Part shown: positions 25,313 through 38,649 of the stretch, one piece after another | Layout: every line of letters begins with the position of its first letter | Numbering within the stretch: the first letter of the stretch is position 1 | NCBI GenBank assembly: GCA_965287045.1 | Contig: OZ336875.1 | Location: forward strand, 69,936,001-70,000,000 | Direction of reading: 5' to 3' | Source of the DNA: Carcharhinus amblyrhynchos | Lineage: Eukaryota | Length of the DNA stretch: 64,000 bases | Position numbers and translations under genes: made by a program | Notes under the pieces: generated by a model | Databases searched by the model: none | The model's input: the letters and a program-made list of their open reading frames with translations, nothing else | Told to the model about the DNA's origin: nothing

Positions 25313-26235
25313 CGTAAGAACACAAGAAATAGGAGGAGTAGACCATCTAGCCCCTCAAACCTGCCCTGCCATTCAATAAGATCATGGCTGATCTGATAGA
25401 GGTTCAGTTCTATTTACCTGCCTGCTCGCCATAACACTTAATTCCCTTACTGATCAGAAATCTAACTACCTGTGACTTAAACATATTTAACAAGGTAGCC
25501 TCCACTGCTTCAACGGGCAGAGAATTCCAAAGATTCACTACCCTCAGAAGAAGTTCCTCCTCAACTCTGTTAGAAATTGACTCCCTCTTATTTTGAGGCT
25601 GTGCCCTCTAGTTCTTGTTTCTTTTCTAAGTGGAAATAATCTCTCTGCCTCCACCCTGTCTAGCCCCTTCATTATCTTGTATGTCTCCATAAGATCTCCC
25701 TCAACCTTCTAAACTCCAATGAGTACAGGCCCAATCTACTTAATCTCTCCTAAGCTAACATCTCATCTCTGGTATCAACCTGGTAAACCTTGTCTGTACT
25801 CCCTCCAAGACCAATATATTCTTTTGCAAATAGGGGGACCAAAATTGCACACAGTACTCTAGTTGCGGCCTCACCAGTACTTGTACAATTGCAGCAAGAC
25901 CCCGCTGCTTTTACATTCTATCCCTCTTGCGATAAAGGCCAACATTCCATTTGCCTTCCTGATCACCTGCTGCACCTGCAAACTAAGTTTTGGCGATTCA
26001 TGCACAAGGACCTCCAGGTCCCTTTGCACAGTAGCATGTTGTAATTTTTCACCATTTAAATAGTCCATTTTACTATTATTCCTTCCAAAGTGAATAACCT
26101 CACACTTGCCAACATTATACTCCATCTGCCAGATCCTCGCCAACTCACTCAGCCTATCCACATCTCTCTGCAGGCTTTCCACGTCCTCCACGCAATTCGC
26201 TTTCCCAATCATCTTTGTGTCATCACAAACCTTGT
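25313..26235 (-). mobile_element. CR1 LINE 3' portion, related to the 2787 family but older
   Basis: ORF DDTKMIGKANCVEDVESLQRD...WQMEYNVGKCEVIHFG. Confidence 0.92.
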
Positions 26236-26389
26236 GCACCCTGGAGGTAGAAATTTGAAGAACCCCCTTTAAACTTCAACAGGATCCTGTTCAGCATGCA
26301 GTCCAAGTGAAACTATAGCGGCATAGCTGAATGGTGCAGTGTGCGTGCGTGGGTGGGTGGTGGTGGTGAAAGCCTGCGAACCTTGGAAT

Positions 26390-26558
26390 AGTAAGAAGTC
26401 TCACAACATCAGGTTAAAGTCCAACAGGTTTATTTGGTAGCATAAGCTTTCGGAAAGCTTGTGGCTCGTGCTACCAAATAAACCTTTTGGACTTTAACCT
26501 GGTATTGTGAGGCTTCTTATTATGCTTATCCCAGTCCAACGCCAGCATCTCCACAACA
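26390..26558. mobile_element. Foldback Penelope-pLTR-derived element, centre deleted
   Basis: Palindrome agtaagaagtctcacaac...aagctttcg / gaaagctt...tgtgaggcttcttatt plus tail. TSD ttggaata at 26383-26390 and 26559-26566. Confidence 0.82.
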
Positions 26559-27214
26559 TTGGAATATCCAGACAAGTGGAACAAAGTTGTCTTAACTCCA
26601 ATGAAACACAAGAACCAAGAGAAATTGCTGCTGGATTTGGTGACTGTTCAGCAAAGAGTGAAACAGCTCTCTCCTGCATGGTCCAGCCACATAATTCACT
26701 TCATTGACTATTCACATGGGCACTTGTTAAAACAGAGTCTGAGCCCTGAATGAGATATTTTTAAAAACAAGTATTTTTGTATTTTTGCTTTGAAATAAAG
26801 TGATGCATAAAATTGGTCAAGTTAAATGTGGGTGAACTGTCCCACTGCCTTGCAGATTTTGCTCATGTTGTACCCAAGGACATGGTTAAGGCTATTGAAA
26901 TAACAGTAATGCAGTAATAAGAACAGAAAAAAAGCAGGATAACAGCTTGTGGGAAGCTTCAGGAAGAATCAGAGATGGATCAACTCAGCTCATCTGGGCC
27001 CAAATGGTTGCAAATACTTCAGTGCAAAAAAAAAGGCTGAAGTGCTGGGCTGTTCCATCACTGAGAATGAAGTTTGTTGACCTGCCTCCTCCAGTTGAAT
27101 TGTCCACCACCATTCATGATATTGCGGTATGTCTGCAGACCAAGATCAATTGATGTGGGATTATTGACTTCTGCCTATTGCATGCTGCTGCCTCTGACAC
27201 GCCCTCCTGCATAA

Positions 27215-28930
27215 ATGGAGCTCACCACAATCTGCAGCCTCATGGCCGACATATCACCCACCCACCCATACCATTACTATCAAACTGGGAGATCAATCCT
27301 GAGCAGAACAACAAGCCAGGAATACCATCAGGCATACCTAAACATGAGATGTCAACTTGGGTGTAGCCACAACACAGCATGCAAGATGAAGTTAAGCAAT
27401 CAATGATGTGGGAGCCCAGCACATCAGTCCAAAGGAGTAGAAGCATTGGCAACCAGTTTCAGCTAGGAGTGCCAGATTAAAATGAGCCATCTCAACCTCA
27501 TGTCTCCAGCATCACAGATTGCAAACTGTAGCCAATTTGATTCACTCATGACCTTGGAAAACAGCTCAAGGCACTGGATGCTGCAAAGGCTACAGGCCCT
27601 AACAACATTTCAACAATAGTACTGATGACTTGTGCACCTAACCAAGTTTTTGCAGTACAGTTACAACAGTAACATCTACCCAGTAATGTGAAAAATTACC
27701 CAGGGATGTCCTGTACACACAAAGACAAATCTATTGCAACCAATTACCACTTCATCAGATCTACTCTCGATCATCAGAAAACTAATGGAAGGAGTTATTC
27801 AAGAGGCACTTACTCAGCAAAAACCTGCTCTCATGCTCAGTCTGGGTTCTGCCAGGGCCATTCAGTTCCTGACCTCATTGCAACCTTGATCCAAGCATGG
27901 ACAAAGAGTAAAACTGCAGAACTGTGATGAGAGTGATTACCCTTGATATCATGACAACATTTGACAAAGTGTAGCATCAAGGAGCCCTAGCAAAAGTAGA
28001 GTTCATGAAAATTGTTTGGGGGGAGGTGGCGGCGGAGGGCAGGGGGTTACTCTTCACTGGCTGGAGTCATTCTTTCTACAAAGAGGAAGATTGCGCTTGT
28101 TGAACGTCAACCAACTAAGTCTCAGGACATTGCTGCAGGAGTTCCTCACGGTAGTGTCTGAGGCCCAACCACATTCAACTGCCTCATCAATGGCTTCCCT
28201 TCCATAAAGGTCAGAAGTGGAGATGTTTGCTAATCACATCACAGGCTCAACGAACACCATGCATAAACCCTCTGCTTCCAAACCAGTCCATGTCGAAATG
28301 CAGCAAGACCAAGGCAACAATCAGATTTGGACTGATGAGAGGCAAGTAACATTAAACAAGTGCAGGCAAAGACCATCCCCAACAAGAGAGACACTAACCA
28401 TCTCTTGTCACTCAATGGCATTATCATTGCTAAGTCCATCACCATAAACATTCTGGGAGTAACACATCTCTTGATGCGCACAGCTCCAACAACACACACA
28501 ATGCTCAAAACTGCCCAGGGTAAAACAGGCTATTTGATTGACACCTCATCCACCACCTTAACCATTAGTATAAACTATTCATAATGTGTATTGCCACAAC
28601 TTACCAGAGCTCTTCACACAGCACCTTCAAAACCCGTAACCTCTATGGCATCAAAAAACAGCACAGCAGATGCATATTAACAGCACCCCCTGCAAATTTC
28701 TCTCCAAGGCACACATCATCTTGACTTAAAGACATATCACTATTTCTTCACTGCTGCTGGGTCGAAACCCTGGAACTCCCTCCCTAACAGCACTGCACAT
28801 GTACCTACCCTACATAGCCTGTAGTTTTTCAGGGACACAGCTCACCATCATATTCTCGAGAGGAATTAGAGATGGACAACAACTCTAACCTAGCTAGCAA
28901 TGCTCATATTCCATGCCAGAATTAAAATGA
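27215..28930 (+). mobile_element. Decayed CR1/L2-group LINE, probable partner of the 2274-type SINE
   Basis: Remnants of KATGPDNIP, QSGFCQGHSVPDLI, AFDKV and GVP-like motifs; 3' tail aattagagatggacaac...gctcatattcc. Confidence 0.8.
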
Positions 28931-30622
28931 ACTAATCCTCCATCTGTGGTAATATATTAGATTTTATGAATATTACAAATATACTTCAAACACAAAGCGA
29001 CTCCTAAATCGCATGAAAGCTAGCTATCCCATACTACTCAAAACAATCATTTCAATCAGATTGCCTAAATAATGTCGGCATGGGCTCAAAACTTCAGGAT
29101 ACTCAACCATCCTTCAAATAAAGAAAGAAGCTGAATATTTGAGAGGTAAACAAAGTTAGTGACAAGCAAGACAGGTTAACTGGCAACTTCACTACTTTTT
29201 GGTCAACTGGCAGAATTGTTAGCACCAAACCAAACCTACCAGCTGAATCATTTGAACCATAGGAATTTGTCTTGGCTTGGGGATAAGGTCACAGATAGCA
29301 GCCGAAATATACGCGGCAGTCTTGCATCTTTTCAACTCTCAAATTACAGTATTGGAGAGCTAACTTGAATATGTCTTATGGAAGGTGTTGTGAGAGGGAA
29401 ATCTGACAGTACATAGGCTTTGGGTCAAATGTGCTGAATGGTACAATTGGCTGTTTTCCACTCTTCGAACCCACCATACAAATTTAGACAATGCAGGTCT
29501 GAGAAGTTATGCACATTATAGCAAATACTGTGAAAAATGCAAACACCAGCACCAATCTTTACTAGAAGAAAAAACAAAACCAATACTGGATCATACAAGG
29601 GAAACAAAGGAGATTGCCCAAGTTCTTTATTCCCAATTCACATATAAAAGCTATCATACCAACTGTCACCAGTTCAAAACCAAAGCCACTCACAAATCAT
29701 AGCTTCGTGAGCAAATGAAGTGGACGAATGCTATTCAGTTAAGATCACTTAGCCTTCTAAACAATACTGTTAACCGAACAAAGAAAAATGCCAAAAGACC
29801 ACCCTCCAAAAATTGCAACGAGACAACAGCTTGAATCACTCAAGTGCAAGAGATGGCAATTGTATAGCAGCCTACTTTAGTATTGATCCTGGGGAGGTTT
29901 AAAACTTCATTATGTGATCCAATTCTCTAATGCAATTTTTAAAGGTTAGCTATCACATAACTTGTGTCTTAAAATGACCAGCTGTGCGACAACACTACCT
30001 CAGCAGTCTGTATCAAATGGATATGGGAGCAATTCATTTAATCTGCCAGAAGAAATTTTCACACCTGGTTCATTTGAATCATGAAAAACACACAGCATAA
30101 CAATTCTAGATTAGCTTCCAAATAAAGTTGCATGGCATCTCCAGTGATCACTGAACTCTACAACGCAGATGAATTACTGGTGGATGCAAGTCTGCTGAGG
30201 GAATGGATTACAGAGTATTAACAAAATTACATGTAAAGTTGTCAGGTTATTTCCTCCCACTAGAGAACTGATGAAAAATCAAGAATCTGGACAAAGGAAT
30301 AGGAAAGCAGAAAATGAAACAATTGATAAGTCAAAGGAATCCAAACTAAAATTAATATTCATGTAGAACACAAGGCAGATGTTTAGGGTATTAGAAACAT
30401 TGTTTCAAATCAGAAGGTCAAGCTGCATGAACATGGATACAACCTGAAGCCTTCAAGAAAACTGAGATATTCAACCCCTCTCCCAACAGTTCATTGTCAA
30501 GTATGACCTCTTACACACCCTTTTGTCCCCATTCAAGGTCCAAGGTCACGAATGTTTGACAGCAAGTTCCTCCAGCTTCAAGATCCTCCTGAAAATCCAC
30601 AAAACTTATCTGCTCATCAGAA

Positions 30623-30826
30623 GTAAAGCTTACTGCAATGAAGTTATTGTGAAGTTCCCCTAGTCAACACAGTGCGGTGCCTGTTCAGGTCAATGCACCT
30701 AACCAGCGTGTCTTTCAGAATGAGAGAAGAAACCGAAGCACCCAGAGGAAACCCATGCAGACAAGCTGGGAATTGAACCTGAGTCCCGTGAAGCAGCAGT
30801 ACTAACCACTGTGCTATCGCACTGCC
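30623..30826 (-). mobile_element. V-type SINE, internally deleted
   Basis: gcacctaaccagc...gaaaccgaagcacccagaggaaaccc...gcagcagtactaaccactgtgc. Confidence 0.8.
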
Positions 30827-32654
30827 CATGTTTTTGGCGAAGCTCATGGTCACCTCTCCTAATATATCCTTTGGCCTGGCTTCTATATTTTCCATTTATG
30901 GCCATGAAGTATTTAATGGATGTTTTATTTATGCTCCTGGGATGTACCTGTTTTTCTTCTGTCACATTGTTGGCTCATGGCAACACTCTGCCAGATTTTC
31001 CACACTTCCACCACTATTCTGCTTATAGCCATTTACACTCTGGACCCACCCTTTTTCCAGAATTGTCCTGTGTCTTGAACCATCATCCCTTTTGTCATTT
31101 ATAACTCGTCTTCCAATCTTTCATAGTCATTTAAATGCTCCACTTTTTCCTTGCTGGCCCTGCACTTTAATCACAATTAGAAATCTGAGTTTAAGGCATG
31201 ACGTTGAACCCTGTTTCTCCCTCTACAGATACTGCATTGCTTAACCGTTGAGTGTGTCTAGCATTTTCTTGGTATTAGAGATAGTTTACTTCACTTTTCA
31301 AAAAAAGATGTTTGGCAAAATTCCTTACAAGAATAGATTTTAAAAGGTGAAAAAATAATTGAACAGAATGAGAAATAGCTTGGTAAGAGACAGAGGGTGT
31401 GATAAATGTAAAGTGCTGTGCCTGGAGGAAAACTATCCATTGAGTTTCAAGTCCTCAGTTTTGACAGACTAGCAATTTACAACATTTTTGAATCATAAGG
31501 AACAGGATATTGTTAGTAGTATTACATTTGCGGATAACAAAACAGTGGAAGGTTAACAGGCAGAAAGATGGACAATCTTCAGAGAGACTTGGAATCAATT
31601 ATGTAGCTAGCTGAATTTGATAGGTGGATTTTAATATTCGTGTACAAGTAATACTAAATATCTGCCAAAGATGGAAGCACCCAGCTCTGTCACAGTCCAT
31701 TTTAAAAGCAGGGTCTGAAGATTCCCAGGGACAATCGAGATGACGACCATTACAAATTCTGAAACACAAATGGGATTTTCAATCTTGTCCGACAGAAACA
31801 AAGCAGAGGGTGCTTTGAGTCATGCTAACAACAGTTGAAATCTTTCACATGCATTCCATTTTTGTTCTGTTGCACTTTTTTGTTTGAAAACAGGGCAAGA
31901 GCAACATTCAACAGTGAAACAGAATGATAGAGAAAGCAACCAGCAGACAGACGTACATCATAACACCCCTCTGTGAACACTGTGCACTCTGGGTCCCACA
32001 GGCAGAATTTCAGTAATGTACACAAACTGAAACAACTTATTTCAACTCTCAGAAGTTTTACATATTGATAAGTTGAACTACTGCAGTGGTGTACTGTCAG
32101 AACAGGGCCTCCTGACTGCTGGTATGTAAACACATGTCAGAGAAATAGAGATGTGCACAAGGCAAGAATGAGCTAGGGTCAGGCATAGAACATAAAAGCG
32201 ATGAAGCAAGATGCAACTGGGAATCAAACTATCATTTACCTTAAACTGTCTCCTGTGTATAGCTCCATTTCCCCAATACTTACTCTTAGCTGTAACCTCC
32301 CTCACACACAAGAGTGCTTAAACTTTTCTGGTACATCCCTTCCTCAGTTAGTTCAAAACCAACATTGGTCAGAATACCATCGAGCATGCCCAAGACTGCC
32401 AGGAAGTAGCTCAGCACTGGAAATGTTTATGCGCTGACACATGGAGAATGCAGTCAGCAAGCATGGTCTTCAAACGCCCTCGCTGCAGGAGATGATTTAG
32501 CTCATTGAGTCTGCAGCAACAACAATCCCACCCATAACCTCTGCAAATCCCCCAACTAAGGGGCAATGTGGCATTGCCTATCAAGCTAAAAGACATAGCT
32601 TCAGAGAGAGTGGGTGCATTGATTTAGACCTTTGTGCTCTCCAGATTCTACAAG

Positions 32655-32800
32655 GGTCCCTGTGGAATCAAAGGCACTGCACATGTTTGGAGTGTGGGAG
32701 AAAACCAGAGCACTCAAAGAACCCACGCAGACACAGGGATTTTGTGCAAACTCCACACGGACAGCGACTGAGGCTGGAATTGAACCCTGGTGCTGAAGCG
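32655..32800 (-). mobile_element. V-type SINE fragment
   Basis: tttggagtgtgggagaaaacc...tgcaaactccacacggacag...ggaattgaaccc. Confidence 0.78.
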
Positions 32801-33189
32801 GCCCCATTAGCTTGTGCATCTACAAATAGAAACTTTGCACCTACCATCAAACAGCTAAACAAACTCCTGCTCTGCATTTGTCAAATTCAAAATCTGCACC
32901 TATATGCTTACAAGCTGTTAAAAGCTGTCAAATGAGAAATTTTGAACATGTGTACACTGTTAAACATTCTATACAAAAGCAACAGGAAGAGGCTGGCGAC
33001 ACATGGAGGGAAGGTCAATCACCAGCTGACATTCTTCAAGTTCACCTATAAAAAAAATGCCTACTTCAGGGTTATATGAAGGTGGTTGTATGCTAGCTTG
33101 GAGCACATAACTGAGTGCAAAGAGCAAAAAAAAATATAATGTTCAGAAGATTCAGATCACTCGATCTGTTCCTCAGCCTCTTCATCATT

Positions 33190-36100
33190 TTAAGTTGAGA
33201 GAGAAGTAGGCCTAACTTCCCCTTGAGTCCTTTCCACCATCCAAAAAGATAACTGCTTCACTTTTTTTGACCTACACACATTTTCCTAGATTCTTTTGTA
33301 TTAATAGTATTTTGCAATTTTGTCTTGAATATATTCACGGATTGAGCATCTTTGTGGCAACGAATTCCAAAGATTCACACCCAATTAAGAAGTGTTTCAT
33401 GTCATTTCAGTCTTCAATGGCTAACCTGTTATCCTGAAATTATGACACCTTATTTTCAGCTTCCAGGACAACACACATATGGTTTTTAGCAGGACAGATT
33501 TTATAGGTTTCACTGAGACCATCCAGCATTCTAAACTCTGGAGAATAACAGCTTATTCTCTCCTCACATCCCAGCAGTCAATGCAGTGAACTTTCACTGA
33601 CCCCCCTCAAAAGGCCAGCACACTCACCATTTGTTAAGGCGACCAAACCTGCACCAAAGTCCTGGAAAACTGCAGGAAGATTGCTTGCTCTATACTTTAA
33701 CCACCCATAATATGGGCTATCTTTTACCTTCCTAACTGCTTGCTCCACTTGGATTTAAATTTTGAGGTTCATGAACAATTGCCAAAATTCTCTTAAATGC
33801 CAAGATTTATTCATCTCACCTTTTAAAGAGTATTTTCTTTTTCATTCTTACGATCCAACTACATAATTTCTTACTTTCCTTATGTCAGCTCCTTGCCCAT
33901 TGCTTACGCTCTACAATTTTTCTACCTGGCTTTGCATTCATAGAAAGTTTAGATCAATGACAAGAGTGGACAGGGTGCAAGTTGATAATGCTGTAGAATG
34001 CCAAACAATGGCACATAATTACATTCCACCTTTACAGAAAATTACCTGTTCGTCTCTACTCCATTAACCAAGTCTCAATCCATATTATCATCCAAAATCA
34101 CATGAACCCTGTGCAATAGCCTCCTGTGTTGTACTTTATGAATTATTTTTGAAAAAATAAACAAATCTGGTAAACCACTGGTTTCCTGGTTTATTTTCTA
34201 GTTACACACAAAAAAAAAATGAACGTCCTCTTCTTGAAATAATGCCTAATTGGTGATTTCCCAAGACTTTAAAAATTCATTTAAGGGATGTAGGCATTGC
34301 TGACTAGACTAGCATATACTGCCCACCTCTAATTGCCCCCAAAAAGATTGGTGGACTGCCTTATTGAACTGTTGCAGTCCTTGAGGTGTAGGTACACCCA
34401 TGGTGCTGTTAAGAAATGCCAGGATTTTGACCTGTTACAATGCCTTAATAAATTTGGACATTATCCTTAGCAACGTCGGGCTGTAACTAATCCATATTTC
34501 TCCATTTTCTTTGATTATTTGGACTCCACCACACTATGGGGCAGCAAATTCCACAAATTCACTGCTCTATGCAAGAAGTAGTTCCCCTTCATCTGTGTTA
34601 TATCTACTGCCTCTCAACCTATACCTAGTACTAACTATTCTAGATTGCCCAACAAGAGAAACATTTGGTCTACGTTTACTTTGTCAATCCCTTTTAGTAT
34701 TTTATATACCTCAATCAGACCCTCTCTCATCCTTCTAAACCCCACTGAGTATGAGCCCAAACTACAATCTTCCCTCATAAGTCAACTCTTCCATCCTCAA
34801 AATCTATTTGGTGAACCTTCTCTGAACTGCCTCCAATGCCACCACATCCCTCCTCAAATAAGGAGACCAAAGCTGGACACAATACTCTATACGATTGCAG
34901 CAACACATCTCTACATGTATATTCCAGTCTGTCAGCAATAAACGCTGACATTCCATTTGCCTTCTTTTTGTTACATGCTGTACCTGCATACTGACTTTGT
35001 GACTCATGAACAAAGACACCCAGCTCCCTCTATCCAGACGCATTTTCTTTTCATTTAGATAATTAGCCTTTTTTTTTCAGCCAAAATAGATAACCTCACA
35101 CAAACTCCAAATTTTGGCCCATTCCTCTAGCTTAGTCTGTAAAATCTCTCTCCTCTTCACTGCCTGCTTTTCTACCTATTTTAGTATCATTGGCAAATTT
35201 TTGCTATGGTACACACTGTCCCTGCTTGCAGATCAGTTATATCCAACACAGCTGTCTATTTAACCATTCATTCCTAAATGTTTTATCATACCCTTTGTAA
35301 TAAATTCAAAAATATTTCTAACCACTGACGTCAAGCTAACAGGTCTATAGTTTTGAATTCTCCTCTTTTCTCCCTCAAGCAGTTGAGTTACATGTGCTCC
35401 ATTCCAGCTGCAAAAACCTTTCTAGAACCAATAAAATTTTGGACAACCAATGGTGCATCTACTATCTCTCGAATCACCTCCTTCAACCCACGTGTGAAGC
35501 TCATCTGGTCCAGGGGATGTATCAAACTTCAATCCAATTAACTGTTCAAGCACAGTCTTGGTTAAAGTTTCTTTTATTTCCTCAATTTCTCAAATCCCTA
35601 TGCTGCCTAGTATTTCCAAGAGGTTGCACCCTCTTCGTGAAAACAAAGTAACTGCTCAGTTTCTCCACCATTTCCCTGCTCTCCACTATAGTTTCTCCTT
35701 TGTCCATCTGCAATGGGCCTACATCTGACCTAGCTAACCCTTTCATTTTTACATAGCGAAAAAAGCTTTTACAATTTCTTTATGTTCTGCGTTAGTTTGC
35801 ATTCATATGCTATCATCCCTTTTTCACTTAGTTTCTTGGTCTTCTTTTGCTGGGTTTTAAATTGCCCCAATCCTTGGACATGTCACTTTTTCTGGCATTT
35901 CTGTAAGCCACTTCCTTAAATTTACTGCAATCCTTAGCTTCTTTTATTAACCCTGATGATTTACCTTTTTCTTTGGGTGTTAGTGCATTTGAGGAATGTA
36001 TATCTATTGTAGACTGTATAGTATTTAAGTACTTGCTATTGCTTGCTTATGAGTTCTTTTACAGTATTTGCCCATTCCACCAGAGTCAACACACCCCTCA

Positions 36101-36560
36101 TATCTTCAGAATTTATTTTCTTCACATTTAAAATCCTAGATTTTGAATGAACTATATCACTTTCATGCAAAATTCTCATATTACGATCAGTCTTTGCCAA
36201 AGGCTCTTTAACAGCAATGTTATTAATTAGCCCTCTCTCATTACACAACACCAAATTTAAAATAGCCTGATCACTCAACATAGTGCTTCAGAAACCCATC
36301 TTGTAGACAATCCAGGAATTCTTCCTCTACAGAATTAGTGCTGATTTAATTAACCCAATGTGTGTAATTTGAAGTTTTTCACATCTGTATTATGTCAATT
36401 TCTAATTCCAGGTTTATACTGTGCCCAAATTACCACTACAGTTTGGTGACAATTCCCACCAATGTTTATTGCTTAGCTCCACCCAAACAGATTCCACACC
36501 TAGATCCTTCAATCAAGATTCTCAAACTGATTTTGTCCCTTAAGAGTCAGAATCACACAA
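33190..36560 (-). mobile_element. Mosaic of old CR1 fragments (RT to endonuclease region) with nested pieces
   Basis: EYCVQLWSPYLRRDVVALEAVQRRFTK (34804-35043) and AILNLVLCNERGLINNIAVKEPLAKTDRNM (36036-36281, endonuclease end). Opposite-family LINE tail at ~34270-34430. Confidence 0.75.
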
Positions 36561-36837
36561 CTGTTACTGTACAGAAATTTGGCACAAAGTGTCAGCACCA
36601 GCTCTCCAAATGAGCATTATGACTTTGTACCTTTCCCTCGTACCCCTGTTCATTGTTTCTACTTGAGTAATAATCTAATGCTTTCTTGAATGCCTTGATT
36701 GAACCAACTTTCGCCACCTTCACAGGTACAGCATTCCAAACCCAAATCCCTTTCGTGAAAAAGTTTTTTCTCACATCACATTTTCTTCTTTTGTAAGTCA
36801 TCTCATTTTGTCTACTAAGTTTTTATACGGCACCTAT

Positions 36838-37143
36838 GGGCGGCATGGTGGCAGTGGTTTGTACTGCTGTCTCAGCTCCAGGAACCCGGGTTCAATTCAG
36901 TCTTGGGTGTTTGTCTGGAGTTAGCACATTCTCCATGTCTGCATGAGGTTCCTCCGGGTGCTCCGGTTTCCTCCCACACTGCAAAGATGTACATTTCAGG
37001 TTGATTAGCCATCGTAAAATTGCCCCTTAGTGTCAAGGAGATTCGCAGGGGAAAAGTATGTTATGGGGATAAGGCCTGATGGGATTGTTGCCAGTTTAGG
37101 GTCGATGGGCCGAATAACTTCCTTCTGCACTGCAGATATTCTA
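36838..37143 (+). mobile_element. HE1/V-type SINE, full length
   Basis: gggcggcatggtggcagtgg...cccgggttcaatt head, V-core, tail cttctgcactg. Confidence 0.88.
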
Positions 37144-37676
37144 TTACTTAATTAGCAGCTTTTGGAAATCCAGATGCATGCGATATCTACTCGTTTCCCT
37201 TTATCTATCTGACTAGTTACATCCTCAAAAAACCTTAAAAAAAATCCAGTCTGACAAATTAAGAAAACTATGCTGACTTGTTCAAACCATATTATTTCTA
37301 AATGCACTGTTAAGATTTCATAAATAAAAGATTCCAACATTTTCCCAATGATTGAAATCCAGCTAACTGGCTTATAAGTTCAGTTTTCTCTTTCCCTCTC
37401 TTGAAAAGCAGTGTTACACTGGCCAACTTCCAAAGTGATGAGACCATTTGCAATGGAGGTGAAAATCTGATAATTGTTTTTAAAAAAGACCCAACACAAA
37501 ACATGAAGACACCTTTGAGGGGATTTCTACCAGACGTTTTATGAAGCTGGGTTGAGAATTTATGAATTAACATTTTTCATGATAAATAATTTCATCTGTA
37601 GCTTACTCCTGTTCCTGACAATTCCCACCAATGTTTATTGCTTCTTGCTGTTGCTTAGCTCCATCCAAACTGATTC

Positions 37677-37996
37677 AAAGAACAAAATCAGCCCGGGAAA
37701 CAGGCCCTTCGGCCCAACGAGTCCACACCGCCATCTCAACACCACCAGTCCCCCTCTCCACCCACAACCCCTGTCTAATGTTTTATGGCCATCCAGATTG
37801 AGGGAATCTGATTTAGGGACAATTTATTCCTGCCAATCAGCATAACAGCACATCTTTGGGGTGTGGGAGGAAACCGGAGAAAACCCACGCAAGCACAGGG
37901 AGAATGCGCAAACTCCCACAGACACCGGCCCAAATCCATGTGTCTGCACAGCAATCAGCGATTGTCACTGAGCTGTCGTCTTGCCCAGTACCTGGT
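37677..37996 (-). mobile_element. V-type SINE inserted into a duplicated segment
   Basis: caggcccttcggcccaacgagtcc tail; gtgtgggaggaaaccggagaaaacccacgc...gcaaactcccacagac core. Confidence 0.8.
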
Positions 37997-38649
37997 CCAC
38001 ACCTAAATCCTTCAATCAAGATTCTCGCGAACTGATTTTGTCCCTTAAGAGTCAGAATCACAGAACTGTATTTTTTCCCCAATATGGCTGAGTTAAAACA
38101 TAACTTGATATACCAAGTTCAGAGTTTTAATGTGAATATTATCAAAACTGCAGCTTTAATACCAAGTGAAGAGAACTCACGGACATGCACAATAGCTATT
38201 TACATGTTTAGTTACACCTGAAACAGAGGTCAACAACCCAAGTGCTTTGGAAATATATTTATAGTTTGTGAGCTTAAGATTGTTTGAATGTTATGAAGCA
38301 TTATCAAGCCAAAATAAAACTGCATAAGTGAACATTATGACAGTGCTACTGAACAATTCAACAGCTCCTGCTTAAATTAGATAAATCACAAGGTGTGTAA
38401 AATTTGGTGCAGAAATTTTGATATTCTTAGATCTGCACCACGTAAAAGCTCAAGGCATTCATAATCTTTTTCACAGTGGTGTGTGGGGAAGGCAGACATA
38501 TTTGTCGAAGCATGTACAAGAGAAAGGATAAGCACACATTACTGCAGGGGATTACAGCCATTCATTAATGCAGTGGCAGCCTATAGGCTCCAAATATCGA
38601 GCACAAATGATTGTCTTGCAAATAATGCAAGTTGTCAACATCTGACTAC

